Assembly (NCBI RefSeq): GCF_004216715.1
Contig: NZ_SGXG01000001.1
Coordinates: 4,848,922-4,872,921 of the forward strand
Direction of reading: 5' to 3'
DNA length: 24,000 nucleotides
Source of the DNA: Cecembia calidifontis
GTDB lineage: Bacteria > Bacteroidota > Bacteroidia > Cytophagales > Cyclobacteriaceae
Position numbers and translations under genes: made by a program. The notes beneath the pieces are model-generated. The model was given only the letters and a program-made list of their open reading frames with translations. It made no database searches and was not told the DNA's origin. Below are positions 8,759 through 17,430 of the stretch, one piece after another (the stretch's first letter is position 1; every line of letters starts with the position of its first letter).

Positions 8759-10063
8759 ATGGAAAATTCCCAACAGTCGCTCAAAACTGAAATCCTTGCG
8801 GGGATCAGTACATTTCTTGCTTCATTTTACATTATTATCGTTAATCCGGCCATACTTTCAGCCGCAGAAATGCCTTTTTCTGCTGTTTTGACTGCCACAG
8901 TCTTGGTTTCCGCATTCGGAAGCTTGATGATGGGACTGTATGCAAAAAACCCCATAGTGGTGGCTCCGGGAATGGGCATCAATGCTTTTTTTGCCTATAT
9001 AGCGGTAAAAGGTTACGGACTCAGCTACGGGGAAGCATTGGGAGCGGTCTTTTGGTCCGGTATCATTTTTCTTTTGTTGTCCGCATTCAAAACACGGGAG
9101 AAAATCATCGCAGCGATTCCTCATGCAATCCGTCATGCCGTAGCGGCAGGAATCGGGCTCTTTATTTGTTTCATTGGCTTTCAAAATGCCCATTTCATCG
9201 TGGACAATCCTGAAACGTTGGTAAGTGTGGCCTCCCTCCAAAATCCCATCAGTTTAACCTTCCTCTTGGGTTTATTTGTGACCGGTGCATTGATTGTAAG
9301 AAAAGTCAGCGGCGCTATCATTTATGGGATTTTGTTCACCACGCTCTTGGCCTGGCCCATTGGAAGGTGGTGGGGCGATGCCTCAGCCATTAATTTTGGA
9401 GTACCCACTTTGGTAAACTACGAGGGGGCATTTTCCTGGCCCGATTTCAGCCTGGTGGGTAAAGCTGATATCCTGGGATCTCTGAGGTTTTCTTATCTCT
9501 CTGTGATCTTTGTCTTTACTTTTACGATTTTGTTTGACGGCATATCTACCTTTGTGGGCTTAGCGGAGGCTTCCGGACTTAAGGACCCAGATGGAACACC
9601 CCGAAATATGCGGAAATCTTTACTGACAGATGCTTTTGCCACCTTATTTGCAGGTTTGGTAGGCAGTAGTTCGGGTACGGCATTTATAGAGTCTGCTGTG
9701 GGCATAGAAGCAGGAGGAAGGACAGGAAAAACAGCCATTACGGCAGGTTTATTATTTCTTCCATTCATGTTTCTTTCTCCCCTGTTGTCTATTATCCCAT
9801 CCATAGCAAGTTCAATCGCTTTGGTGCTGGTAGGTTCTTTTATGATCATGCCCGCAGCCATGATTGATTGGAAAAAGTCAGACGAAGCGATCCCTGCATT
9901 TTTGACCATGGTTTTGATTCCGTTTACCTACAGCTTATCTACCGGAATCTCCTTCGGTTTTGTGAGCTGGACTGTCCTAAAACTCCTAAGCGGCAAATCA
10001 AAAGAGATCAACCCTATCTTAATCATCATATCCCTACTGTCCTTATTCTTCCTTTGGCAATGA
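8759..10063 (+). CDS. NCS2/AzgA-type purine permease (adenine/guanine/hypoxanthine)
   Basis: 434-aa polytopic ORF. The N-terminus (LKTEILAGISTFLASFYIIIVNPAILS) and internal segments (GSSSGTAFIESAVGIEAGGRTG) are characteristic of the COG2252 purine permease family. Confidence 0.85.
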   Translation: MENSQQSLKTEILAGISTFLASFYIIIVNPAILSAAEMPFSAVLTATVLVSAFGSLMMGLYAKNPIVVAPGMGINAFFAYIAVKGYGLSYGEALGAVFWSGIIFLLLSAFKTREKIIAAIPHAIRHAVAAGIGLFICFIGFQNAHFIVDNPETLVSVASLQNPISLTFLLGLFVTGALIVRKVSGAIIYGILFTTLLAWPIGRWWGDASAINFGVPTLVNYEGAFSWPDFSLVGKADILGSLRFSYLSVIFVFTFTILFDGISTFVGLAEASGLKDPDGTPRNMRKSLLTDAFATLFAGLVGSSSGTAFIESAVGIEAGGRTGKTAITAGLLFLPFMFLSPLLSIIPSIASSIALVLVGSFMIMPAAMIDWKKSDEAIPAFLTMVLIPFTYSLSTGISFGFVSWTVLKLLSGKSKEINPILIIISLLSLFFLWQ

Positions 10064-10851
10064 AAAAAATCCTATTGCTATCTTTCTTCCTGCTTGTTCA
10101 CCTAAGCACCCAAGCCCAAAAAATAGCCATTATGGGGGCTTTGGATCAGGAAATCGCTATCCTTTTGGAGAACATGAAAAAACCGAAAAAGCTACACCGG
10201 GGAGGAATTGATTTTTATACGGGTAAACTCCAAGGCCAAAAAGTAGTCGTTCTCAAAGCAGGGGTTGGTAAAGTCAATGCTTCCTACAGCACTGCAGTGC
10301 TCACCCAAAATTTCAAGCTCAGCGCCCTCATCTTCACCGGGGTGGCAGGAGGATTGCATCCAGAGTCCCTGCCCGGAGATTTGGTTATTGGTGAAAAACT
10401 TATGCAGCATGATTTCGGAAAGTTTGATTCTTTGGGCTTTTCTGTGACTCCCTACCGAAAACTCACAGGAGGACATTTGACAAATCTCTTTGTAGAGGCT
10501 GATGAAAAACTCTTGGCAAAAAGTATCCAAGCGGCCGAAAAAGTAGATTTTGTCCCTATTGCAGAAAGACAGCCCAAAGTTTTTGCAGGAGTAATCGCCA
10601 CTGGTGACATGTTTGTCAGCAGCAATGAAAAAGCCCTGTGGTTATTCAAGGAATTTGATGCCCTCGCTACGGAAATGGAAGGAGCAGCAGTAGCCCATCT
10701 CTGCCAAACACTGAATATACCATTTATTGTTATTCGAAGCTGCAGTGACAATGCCAATAACAATGCCCGTGTCAATTTCAACCAATTTGTGGAGCCAGCA
10801 TCGATCAATTCTGCCAAGCTGGTTATGGCAATTTTGGAGGAAATTGAGTAA
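10060..10851 (+). CDS. mtnN: 5'-methylthioadenosine/S-adenosylhomocysteine nucleosidase with an N-terminal signal peptide
   Basis: Start ATG 10060-10062 overlaps the permease stop TGA 10061-10063. After the signal peptide MKKILLLSFFLLVHLSTQAQ the protein begins KIAIMGALDQEI, like cytoplasmic Pfs/MtnN N-termini. ATEMEGAAVAHLC and VIRSCSDNAN match the conserved catalytic segments of the family. Confidence 0.85.
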   Translation: MKKILLLSFFLLVHLSTQAQKIAIMGALDQEIAILLENMKKPKKLHRGGIDFYTGKLQGQKVVVLKAGVGKVNASYSTAVLTQNFKLSALIFTGVAGGLHPESLPGDLVIGEKLMQHDFGKFDSLGFSVTPYRKLTGGHLTNLFVEADEKLLAKSIQAAEKVDFVPIAERQPKVFAGVIATGDMFVSSNEKALWLFKEFDALATEMEGAAVAHLCQTLNIPFIVIRSCSDNANNNARVNFNQFVEPASINSAKLVMAILEEIE

Positions 10852-10990
10852 ATTTATAAAACCGATTGCCGATAGATTTTTTCTATAGGATTTGTCTTCC
10901 CATAGTGATCTGGGTCTCATATCAAGCGATAGGTTATACCGAAATTTGAAGTATTAAAAATTATACGATAACCATAAAATCAATAAAGTT

Positions 10991-11638
10991 ATGAGTGAAC
11001 AAGAAATAATCTCCATGCCAAGAATTGGTGACCAGGCTCCCGATTTCAAAGCGATGACTACGACTGGTCCTATGCAGTTTTCTGAATATATAAAAGGCAG
11101 CTGGACCATCTTCTTCTCTCACCCTGCAGACTTTACCCCTGTATGTACTACAGAAATGAGTGGGTTTGCACTGGATCAGAAGTTTTTTGACGAGCACAAC
11201 ACCAAATTGGTGGGTTTAAGTATTGACTCCATTCATGCCCACATTGCTTGGGTCAATAATGTGAAGAAAAATACAGGTGTACTATTTGAGTTCCCGATCG
11301 TTGCGGACATTGACATGAGAGTTTCCAAGCTTTACGGGATGCTTCAGCCAGGTGAAAGCGAAACAGCAGCAGTAAGGGCAGTGTTTTTCATTGATCCAAA
11401 TGGCAAAATCAGACTGATCATGTACTATCCTTTGAATGTGGGCAGAAACATGGATGAAATAAAAAGAGTTTTGATTGCATTACAAACAGCTGACAAACAC
11501 AAAGTAGCCCTTCCATTGAACTGGACCCCCGGCGAAAAAGTAATCGTTCCTCCACCAAAAACTGTAGCCGAAATGCAGGAAAGAGAAGCAAGTGATTATG
11601 AGATGATTGACTTCTATTTGGCTAAAAAGGAATTATAA
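10991..11638 (+). CDS. 1-Cys peroxiredoxin (Prx6-like)
   Basis: 215-aa ORF. The peroxidatic motif FSHPADFTPVCTTE has its Cys codon at 11144-11146. I saw no resolving Cys in the C-terminal part. Length and C-terminal extension fit the 1-Cys Prx type. Confidence 0.9.
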   Translation: MSEQEIISMPRIGDQAPDFKAMTTTGPMQFSEYIKGSWTIFFSHPADFTPVCTTEMSGFALDQKFFDEHNTKLVGLSIDSIHAHIAWVNNVKKNTGVLFEFPIVADIDMRVSKLYGMLQPGESETAAVRAVFFIDPNGKIRLIMYYPLNVGRNMDEIKRVLIALQTADKHKVALPLNWTPGEKVIVPPPKTVAEMQEREASDYEMIDFYLAKKEL

Positions 11639-11667
11639 AAAAAAGCGGGATTACCCGCTTTTTTTTT
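11637..11667. terminator. Bidirectional intrinsic terminator shared by convergent prx and crp-family genes
   Basis: Stem GCGGG/CCCGC (11645-11649/11654-11658) encloses loop ATTA. It is flanked by an A-run (11637-11644) and a 9-nt T-run (11659-11667), so a U-tail follows the hairpin on either strand. Confidence 0.85.
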
Positions 11668-12313
11668 ATTTGATCAACTCAATCTGATTTCTTTTCACCT
11701 TGACAATACCCTGTTGTTCCAACTTTTTCAGCAATCTGCCGATCACCTCCCTGCTTGAGTTTAACTCAAGGGCAATTTGACTTTGTGTTTCCTTGATAAT
11801 TGTGGACTGACTGGCCTTGGCAGTTTTGTCCAGGTACTCAATGAGACGATCATCCATTTGACGGAAAGCGATGGCATCCACTACTTTCAATAATTCCTCA
11901 AACCTATCCTGATAGCTGTCCATTACAAAAAAGTACCAGGACTGGAATTTGGGCATCCATTCATCCAGCTTACTGATCGGCAAAACCACGGCTCTTGTAT
12001 CTTCCATAGGAATGGCTTTGATCTTGGAGTACCCTTCCCTGGCAGAACAGATCATGGTAATGGCACAAGCCTCTCCGGCATTCAGATAGTACAAAAATAT
12101 TTCATTGTCATCTTCATCTTCACGGAAAACTTTGACAATTCCATCTACGATCAAGGGTATTTGTTCCACTTTCTGGCCGATATCCATGATCAACTCATCG
12201 ACAGGAAAATTGACCAAAACACCCTCCTCAGCTATTGCTTTGACCAGTTTTTCCTCAAAATGAGGAAATTTTTCACTGATCAATTTTTCGATATCCCTAT
12301 CTGTTCCCTTCAT
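11666..12313 (-). CDS. Crp/Fnr-family transcriptional regulator
   Basis: 215-aa ORF with an N-terminal cNMP-binding-like beta-roll and a C-terminal HTH (SQIALELNSSREVIGRLLKKLEQQGIV). It lacks the N-terminal Cys cluster of E. coli-type FNR. Confidence 0.85.
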   Translation of the reverse strand: MKGTDRDIEKLISEKFPHFEEKLVKAIAEEGVLVNFPVDELIMDIGQKVEQIPLIVDGIVKVFREDEDDNEIFLYYLNAGEACAITMICSAREGYSKIKAIPMEDTRAVVLPISKLDEWMPKFQSWYFFVMDSYQDRFEELLKVVDAIAFRQMDDRLIEYLDKTAKASQSTIIKETQSQIALELNSSREVIGRLLKKLEQQGIVKVKRNQIELIK

Positions 12314-12327
12314 ATGATAATTGAAAG

Positions 12328-12343
12328 CGTGATTTACATCACG
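12328..12343. promoter_or_regulatory. Candidate Crp/Fnr-type operator (CGTGAT-N4-ATCACG)
   Basis: Perfect 6-bp inverted arms are separated by 4 nt, with core TGAT-N4-ATCA as in the FNR consensus TTGAT-N4-ATCAA. The site lies 15 nt upstream of the crp-family start and about 70-85 nt upstream of the small ORF and cydA. Confidence 0.5.
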
Positions 12344-12411
12344 TTTTTATTAAAACAAGCCCCGTAATTTTAAATCATAAATTCCGAAAACAGTTTCAAA
12401 AAACGGAAAAA

Positions 12412-12615
12412 ATGAAAAAAAATTCTGTACAGTGGCTTTTTCTGATAGGTTTGATCCTAATGCTTATGTACAGGATAACTGCCAGACTACCATTCTTACC
12501 CGAACATATTTACAGTTTTCATACACCCAAAATACTTAAAATTTTAACAGGCTTGATCTTTATTGGATCGGCTTTCTTTTTATACCGAAAACCTTCAAAA
12601 GGCAAAAGCTTATGA
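12412..12615 (+). CDS. Small two-TM membrane protein translationally coupled to cydA
   Basis: 67-aa ORF with two hydrophobic helices (WLFLIGLILMLMY and ILTGLIFIGSAFFLY). Its stop TGA 12613-12615 overlaps the cydA ATG 12612-14. From memory, Bacteroidota often carry a small DUF4492-type gene at this position. I could not verify that. Confidence 0.5.
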   Translation: MKKNSVQWLFLIGLILMLMYRITARLPFLPEHIYSFHTPKILKILTGLIFIGSAFFLYRKPSKGKSL

Positions 12616-13997
12616 ATTGGGATGTAGAAACCCTCTCGCGGATACAATTCGCTTTCACGATCATGTTCCATTATATTTTCCCGCCTTTTAGCATAGGCAT
12701 GGGATTGCTCTTGGTCATTTTCGAATCCTTGTACCTGATTACCCGTAAGGCAATTTATGAGAAAATTACCCGGTTCTGGATCAAAATATTTGCGGCCAAC
12801 TTTGCTGTAGGAGTTGCATCCGGAATTGTCATGGAATTTGAATTTGGAACCAACTGGGCCACCTATTCAAGATTTGTAGGGGATATTTTCGGGTCTCCTT
12901 TGGCAGCTGAGGGGATTTTTGCCTTCTTCCTGGAATCAGGTTTTTTGGCCATCCTGCTCTTTGGATGGAACCGCGTCAAACCTGGCATGCACCTTTTCGC
13001 TACCATTATGGTCGCACTGGGTTCTATCCTGTCAGGTTTTTGGATTGTAGTAGCCAATAGTTGGCAGCAAACACCCGTTGCTTTCGAAATTGTGGAAGAC
13101 TTCGGAATCAGAAGGGCTGTCATTACAGATTTTTGGGAGATGGTATTCAACCCATCTGCCATGGTAAGGTTCAGTCATGTAATTGTAGGCGCATTTATTC
13201 AGGGCGCATTTTTGGTGATGAGTGTGGGAGCTTATTACATTTTGAAAAAGAAACACCTTGAATTTGCCAAAATATCCTTTTCCATAGCGCTTATGGTGGC
13301 TGCGATGGGCTCTTTGGCGCAACCACTGATAGGACATACCCATGCCCAGGTGGTTGAAAAATACCAACCGGCTAAATTGGCTGCTTTTGAAGGCCTTTAC
13401 GAAACCCAAAAAAATGCCCCTCTTTACATAATTGGCTGGACCGATCCTGTCACTCAGGAGACTACCGGTTTAGCTATCCCTGGGATGTTAAGCTACCTTG
13501 TACACGGAACCTTTGAAGGAGAAGTTAAAGGTTTAAAGGAGTTCCCAAAAGAAGATTGGCCCCCTGTAAAAGGAGTGTTTCAAAGTTACCATCTGATGGT
13601 GGCATTGGGGATGTTTTTTATTGCCCTGACGCTTTTCAGTCTTTTTATGCTATGGAGGGGGAAATTATTTGAGATGACCTGGCTTTTGAAGCTCTATTTA
13701 CCCGCAGTAGCTCTTCCTGTGATAGCCAATCAGCTTGGATGGATATCTGCAGAAAGAGGCAGGCAGCCTTGGATAGTTCAGGGGCTGTTGCGTACCAGTG
13801 AAGGGATATCGAAATCCATCACCTCAGAAGAAGTAATGATATCACTGGTCCTGTTCATGATCGTCTATACCCTCTTGTTCTTTGTCTGGCTTTATGTCTT
13901 GGACAGGGAAATCAAGCATGGCCCAGATCATTTGCAGGTTATTGAGGCCGGATTCAAAAAAAGATCGGAAAAAATGGATGTCATCAAAACGAATTAA
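12612..13997 (+). CDS. cydA: Cytochrome bd ubiquinol oxidase subunit I
   Basis: 461-aa ORF. The N-terminal FAFTIMFHYIFPPFSIGMG carries a heme-ligand His, and GWISAERGRQPWIVQGLLRT is the conserved GRQPW motif. The length suggests the short Q-loop type. Confidence 0.95.
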   Translation: MNWDVETLSRIQFAFTIMFHYIFPPFSIGMGLLLVIFESLYLITRKAIYEKITRFWIKIFAANFAVGVASGIVMEFEFGTNWATYSRFVGDIFGSPLAAEGIFAFFLESGFLAILLFGWNRVKPGMHLFATIMVALGSILSGFWIVVANSWQQTPVAFEIVEDFGIRRAVITDFWEMVFNPSAMVRFSHVIVGAFIQGAFLVMSVGAYYILKKKHLEFAKISFSIALMVAAMGSLAQPLIGHTHAQVVEKYQPAKLAAFEGLYETQKNAPLYIIGWTDPVTQETTGLAIPGMLSYLVHGTFEGEVKGLKEFPKEDWPPVKGVFQSYHLMVALGMFFIALTLFSLFMLWRGKLFEMTWLLKLYLPAVALPVIANQLGWISAERGRQPWIVQGLLRTSEGISKSITSEEVMISLVLFMIVYTLLFFVWLYVLDREIKHGPDHLQVIEAGFKKRSEKMDVIKTN

Positions 13998-14002
13998 TCA
14001 CC

Positions 14003-15079
14003 ATGGACTATAATATTATCTGGTATATTCTTGTAGGGGTTTTATTAATTGGCTACGCAATTTTGGATGGATTTGACTTAGGCGTAGGAATTTTACACCT
14101 TTTCTCAAAAGGTGATTACAATAGAAGAATTTTAATGAATTCTATAGGGCCCGTTTGGGATGGCAATGAAGTTTGGTTGATCACGGCCGGAGGTGCTCTT
14201 TTTGCAGCTTTTCCTAATGTTTATGCCACTGCTTTTTCCAGCTTTTACTTGCCCTTTATGCTTTTATTGATTGCCTTGATTTTCAGGGCAGTATCGATAG
14301 AATTCCGGAGCAAGGAAAAAAGTACCAGGTGGAGAAGTTTTTGGGACAAGGGTTTTTCAATAGGATCCATTCTTGCAGCTTTGTTATTTGGGTTGGCCAT
14401 AGGAAATGTGGTCATGGGTTTTGCCATTGGAGATGACATGGAATACCAGGGAAATGTCTTTGATCTGCTGAACCCTTATGCGCTTACCGCGGGAATTTTT
14501 GCTTTAAGCATGTTTGCACTTCACGGAGCCATCTATCTGAATATGAAAACCGAGGGAGAGCTTCAATTGCAGGTCCAAAAATGGATCAAAGTGGCATACT
14601 GGATATTTGTGCCGCTTTTCGTTGTCTTTTCATTGTTGACATTATACCTCAAACCGGAAATGATCGCAAATTTTTCCTTTGGAATGATTGATTTGCCTGG
14701 TAATAAACACGCATTGATAGAAAAACATGAAGTCCTGATTTCCATCTTTGCCTGGACTGTGGTAGCCCTGAACATCTTAGCTATTGCCAACATTCCCAGG
14801 ACCCTTCACAAGGGTAGTTATGGCTGGACATTTATTTCTTCTGCAAGTATGATTGCCGCTGTGGTCATGTTGTTTGCTTTGGGAATTTTCCCCAACATGA
14901 TGATTTCCAACCTTGATCCGGGGTTTAACCTGGACATCTACAATGCTTCCTCTTCTCCATACACCTTAAGGACAATGGCAATTTTGGCGGCATTTGGATT
15001 GCCGTTTGTAACTTCTTACACCATTATCATTTATTGGACTTACAGAGGAAAAGTGAAATTAGATGAAATGAGCTACTGA
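14003..15079 (+). CDS. cydB: Cytochrome bd ubiquinol oxidase subunit II
   Basis: 358-aa polytopic ORF starting 5 nt after cydA. The N-terminus (ILDGFDLGVGILH, GPVWDGNEVWLITAGGALFAAFP) is typical of CydB. Confidence 0.9.
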   Translation: MDYNIIWYILVGVLLIGYAILDGFDLGVGILHLFSKGDYNRRILMNSIGPVWDGNEVWLITAGGALFAAFPNVYATAFSSFYLPFMLLLIALIFRAVSIEFRSKEKSTRWRSFWDKGFSIGSILAALLFGLAIGNVVMGFAIGDDMEYQGNVFDLLNPYALTAGIFALSMFALHGAIYLNMKTEGELQLQVQKWIKVAYWIFVPLFVVFSLLTLYLKPEMIANFSFGMIDLPGNKHALIEKHEVLISIFAWTVVALNILAIANIPRTLHKGSYGWTFISSASMIAAVVMLFALGIFPNMMISNLDPGFNLDIYNASSSPYTLRTMAILAAFGLPFVTSYTIIIYWTYRGKVKLDEMSY

Positions 15080-15181
15080 TTTCCTGAATTACAATCAATT
15101 ATCAGGCTATTAACTGACTTAGATCATGATTTTTTAGGACAAAAGACCCTAACATCGTCTGTTCATTCAAACTATTAGGAT

Positions 15182-15670
15182 ATGTCCCAGACCATAAAAC
15201 TTTCCACCGCCCAGACTAGCGCATTGGTATTGATGCGCTTGTTTGTAGGCTGGCACTTTCTCTATGAAGGTGTAATCAAACTTTACAGCCCTTATTGGAC
15301 TGCCAAGGGGTATCTACTGAGCGCCACTTACATGAAATCTTTCTTTCAGTGGCTTGCCGGCGAATCCATGATTTCAATTGTGGACACCATGAATATTGCA
15401 GCACTTCTCCTGGTAGGAGTAGCATTGGTGATTGGTTTCAAAACCAAACTGGCCAGCATCATAGGCATAGGCTTATTGCTGTTATACTATTTCGCCCATC
15501 CTCCCTTTCCGGGATATCCCCAGGGCATCACTGAAGGCAGCTATTGGATCGTCAACAAAAACCTGATTGAGGCTGCTGCTTTGATGGTGATTTTTCTTTT
15601 CCCTACTTCCACCCATTTTGGTCTGGAAAGGCTATTTGTAAAAAAACAGGTACAAACTTCCACTCCTTAA
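15182..15670 (+). CDS. DoxX-family membrane protein
   Basis: 162-aa ORF with four hydrophobic segments and a DoxX-like N-terminus (LVLMRLFVGWHFLYEGVIKL). Confidence 0.75.
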   Translation: MSQTIKLSTAQTSALVLMRLFVGWHFLYEGVIKLYSPYWTAKGYLLSATYMKSFFQWLAGESMISIVDTMNIAALLLVGVALVIGFKTKLASIIGIGLLLLYYFAHPPFPGYPQGITEGSYWIVNKNLIEAAALMVIFLFPTSTHFGLERLFVKKQVQTSTP

Positions 15671-15682
15671 ACCACTGCAACC

Positions 15683-17302
15683 ATGTCAAACGATAAAAAA
15701 TTATTCAAAGGATTTTCGAGAAGGGATTTGCTCAAAAGCCTTGCAGGAGTTCCGATTTTAGGGGCTGTTTGGTATGCCGGCCTTAGCAATACCGAAAAAG
15801 CTAAACTGGAAAGGGAGTTTTTGCTTGAAAAACTCAATATCAAAGCCACCCCTCCACCTGATTCGGGTCCGATGAGCGGTGAGCCCTTGCGTGTAGGGCT
15901 TATTGGCTTCGGCATCAGGGGAGAACAATTGATGCGCTCATTGGGCTTTGCCACCCAGGAGTGGTTGGAAGATATGGCCAAGTCTTCAGCCGAAAACCCC
16001 AATGACAAAAGGTTGGAGGATTTCAAAGCCCAGGAAAACCTCAATGTAAAGCTCACGGCCATTTGCGACATCTTTGATGTCAGGGCGGAAAAAGCACTTC
16101 GCTCATTTAACAGCAACGGCAATACCTGCAAAAGGTACAAGAGCCATCTGGACTTAATCAACAGCGGTGAAGTGGACGCTGTCATCATTTCGACTCCGGA
16201 TCACTGGCATGCCCCCATGGCCAAAGTAGCGGTAGAAGCAGGAGTCCATGTTTATTTGGAAAAACCGATGACCCATACTATACAGGAAACTTACGAATTG
16301 AGAGATGCCGTGAGAAAAAATCCGGGAGTGGTTTTCGCTGTTGGGCATCAGCACAGGCAGACCCAGAGTTTCCTTACTGCCATGGATGCCATAGCCAAAA
16401 ATACCTTAGGACATATTTCCCTGATTATGACCACAACTAACAGGAATGATGACAATGGCGCTTGGCAATATGAAATACATCCCGATGCTTCCACATCTAC
16501 CATAGACTGGAATGAATTTTTGGGCACTGCACCACAAATTCCTTTCAACGCTGAGCATTTCTTCCGATGGAGAAAATGGTGGGCTTATGGCTCAGGTTTA
16601 TCGGGAGATCTGTTGACCCATGATTATGACAGAATCAACTGCATTTTGAAAATGGGTATTCCAAAATATGTATCCGCCTCTGGGGGAATCTATACCCATA
16701 GAGATGGCAGGAATGTACCGGATGTCATGCACATCAATATGGAATTCCCGGACTTTACTTCCGGCGGCAGTCAGGAAGCAGGAAAGGAAAAAGGCATGAC
16801 ACTGGTGTACAGTGCTACCTTGGGAAATCAGTTTGACAGAGGCACCCTACTGATGGGGCATGACGCCTCCATGGAACTGGGTAATACGCTGACAATTTAT
16901 GCAGATCCCCGATCAACCAAATACAGGGAACTGATCAAGGAAGGTAGGATTGATCCAAAGGTTCCAATCTACCAGTATGATCCAAGTGCCAACGGAGTGG
17001 ATGCGGTAACCTCTGCCACTGCCAAATACTTTGCAGACAAAGGGCTGCTCTGGACTTACAGGGATGGAAAAAGGGTGGACTCCACCTTCCTGCACATCAG
17101 GGAATGGCTGAGTTGTATCCGAAATGGAGGAGATCCAAGCTGTGGCATTCAGGAAGGTTTTGAAGAGGCCATCACAGCACATATGGGAGGCTTGTCCTAT
17201 AAAATTGGAAGAAAAATTGAGTGGGATGAAGAAAGAGAAGCAATCATTGCCCTTCCGGGAGAAGATCTGGATGCCATATTACTCAACAACGAAGTTGTTT
17301 AA
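15683..17302 (+). CDS. Tat-exported Gfo/Idh/MocA-family oxidoreductase
   Basis: 539-aa ORF starting 12 nt after doxX. The twin-arginine motif SRRDLLK lies at nt 15716-15736. It has a Rossmann GxGxxG (GLIGFGIRGEQ), PDHWHA and the EKP motif (YLEKPMTHT) typical of the family. Confidence 0.85.
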   Translation: MSNDKKLFKGFSRRDLLKSLAGVPILGAVWYAGLSNTEKAKLEREFLLEKLNIKATPPPDSGPMSGEPLRVGLIGFGIRGEQLMRSLGFATQEWLEDMAKSSAENPNDKRLEDFKAQENLNVKLTAICDIFDVRAEKALRSFNSNGNTCKRYKSHLDLINSGEVDAVIISTPDHWHAPMAKVAVEAGVHVYLEKPMTHTIQETYELRDAVRKNPGVVFAVGHQHRQTQSFLTAMDAIAKNTLGHISLIMTTTNRNDDNGAWQYEIHPDASTSTIDWNEFLGTAPQIPFNAEHFFRWRKWWAYGSGLSGDLLTHDYDRINCILKMGIPKYVSASGGIYTHRDGRNVPDVMHINMEFPDFTSGGSQEAGKEKGMTLVYSATLGNQFDRGTLLMGHDASMELGNTLTIYADPRSTKYRELIKEGRIDPKVPIYQYDPSANGVDAVTSATAKYFADKGLLWTYRDGKRVDSTFLHIREWLSCIRNGGDPSCGIQEGFEEAITAHMGGLSYKIGRKIEWDEEREAIIALPGEDLDAILLNNEVV

Positions 17303-17323
17303 CACCCAAATCAAACCAAAAAA

Positions 17324-17360
17324 GAGGCTGTCTCCTAAATAGGATCAGCCTCCTTTTTTT
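17324..17360 (+). terminator. Intrinsic terminator after the Gfo/Idh/MocA gene
   Basis: Outer stem GAGGCTG/CAGCCTC (17324-17330/17346-17352) and inner stem TCCT/AGGA precede a 7-nt T-run (17354-17360). Confidence 0.8.
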
Positions 17361-17430
17361 GTCGAAAAGATGGGCAGCGGATAGTTGCAGTCTAGGTAAG
17401 GGTAAAATTCGATGATTCTTTTAAAAACAA

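Noticed and set aside
9868-10059. N-terminal 64-codon extension of the nucleosidase ORF (ORF track 9868..10851)
   Set aside because: The extension lies entirely inside the permease gene in another frame and encodes no recognisable sequence. The internal ATG at 10060 yields a canonical signal peptide followed by the MtnN N-terminus and forms an ATGA overlap with the permease stop.
15667-16188. 173-aa minus-strand ORF and many similar antisense ORFs (e.g. 182..496, 698..1063, 888..1328, 8858..9241, 9493..9909, 13032..13409, 10452..10817)
   Set aside because: All lie fully inside well-supported genes on the opposite strand and have odd composition. They are typical shadow ORFs.
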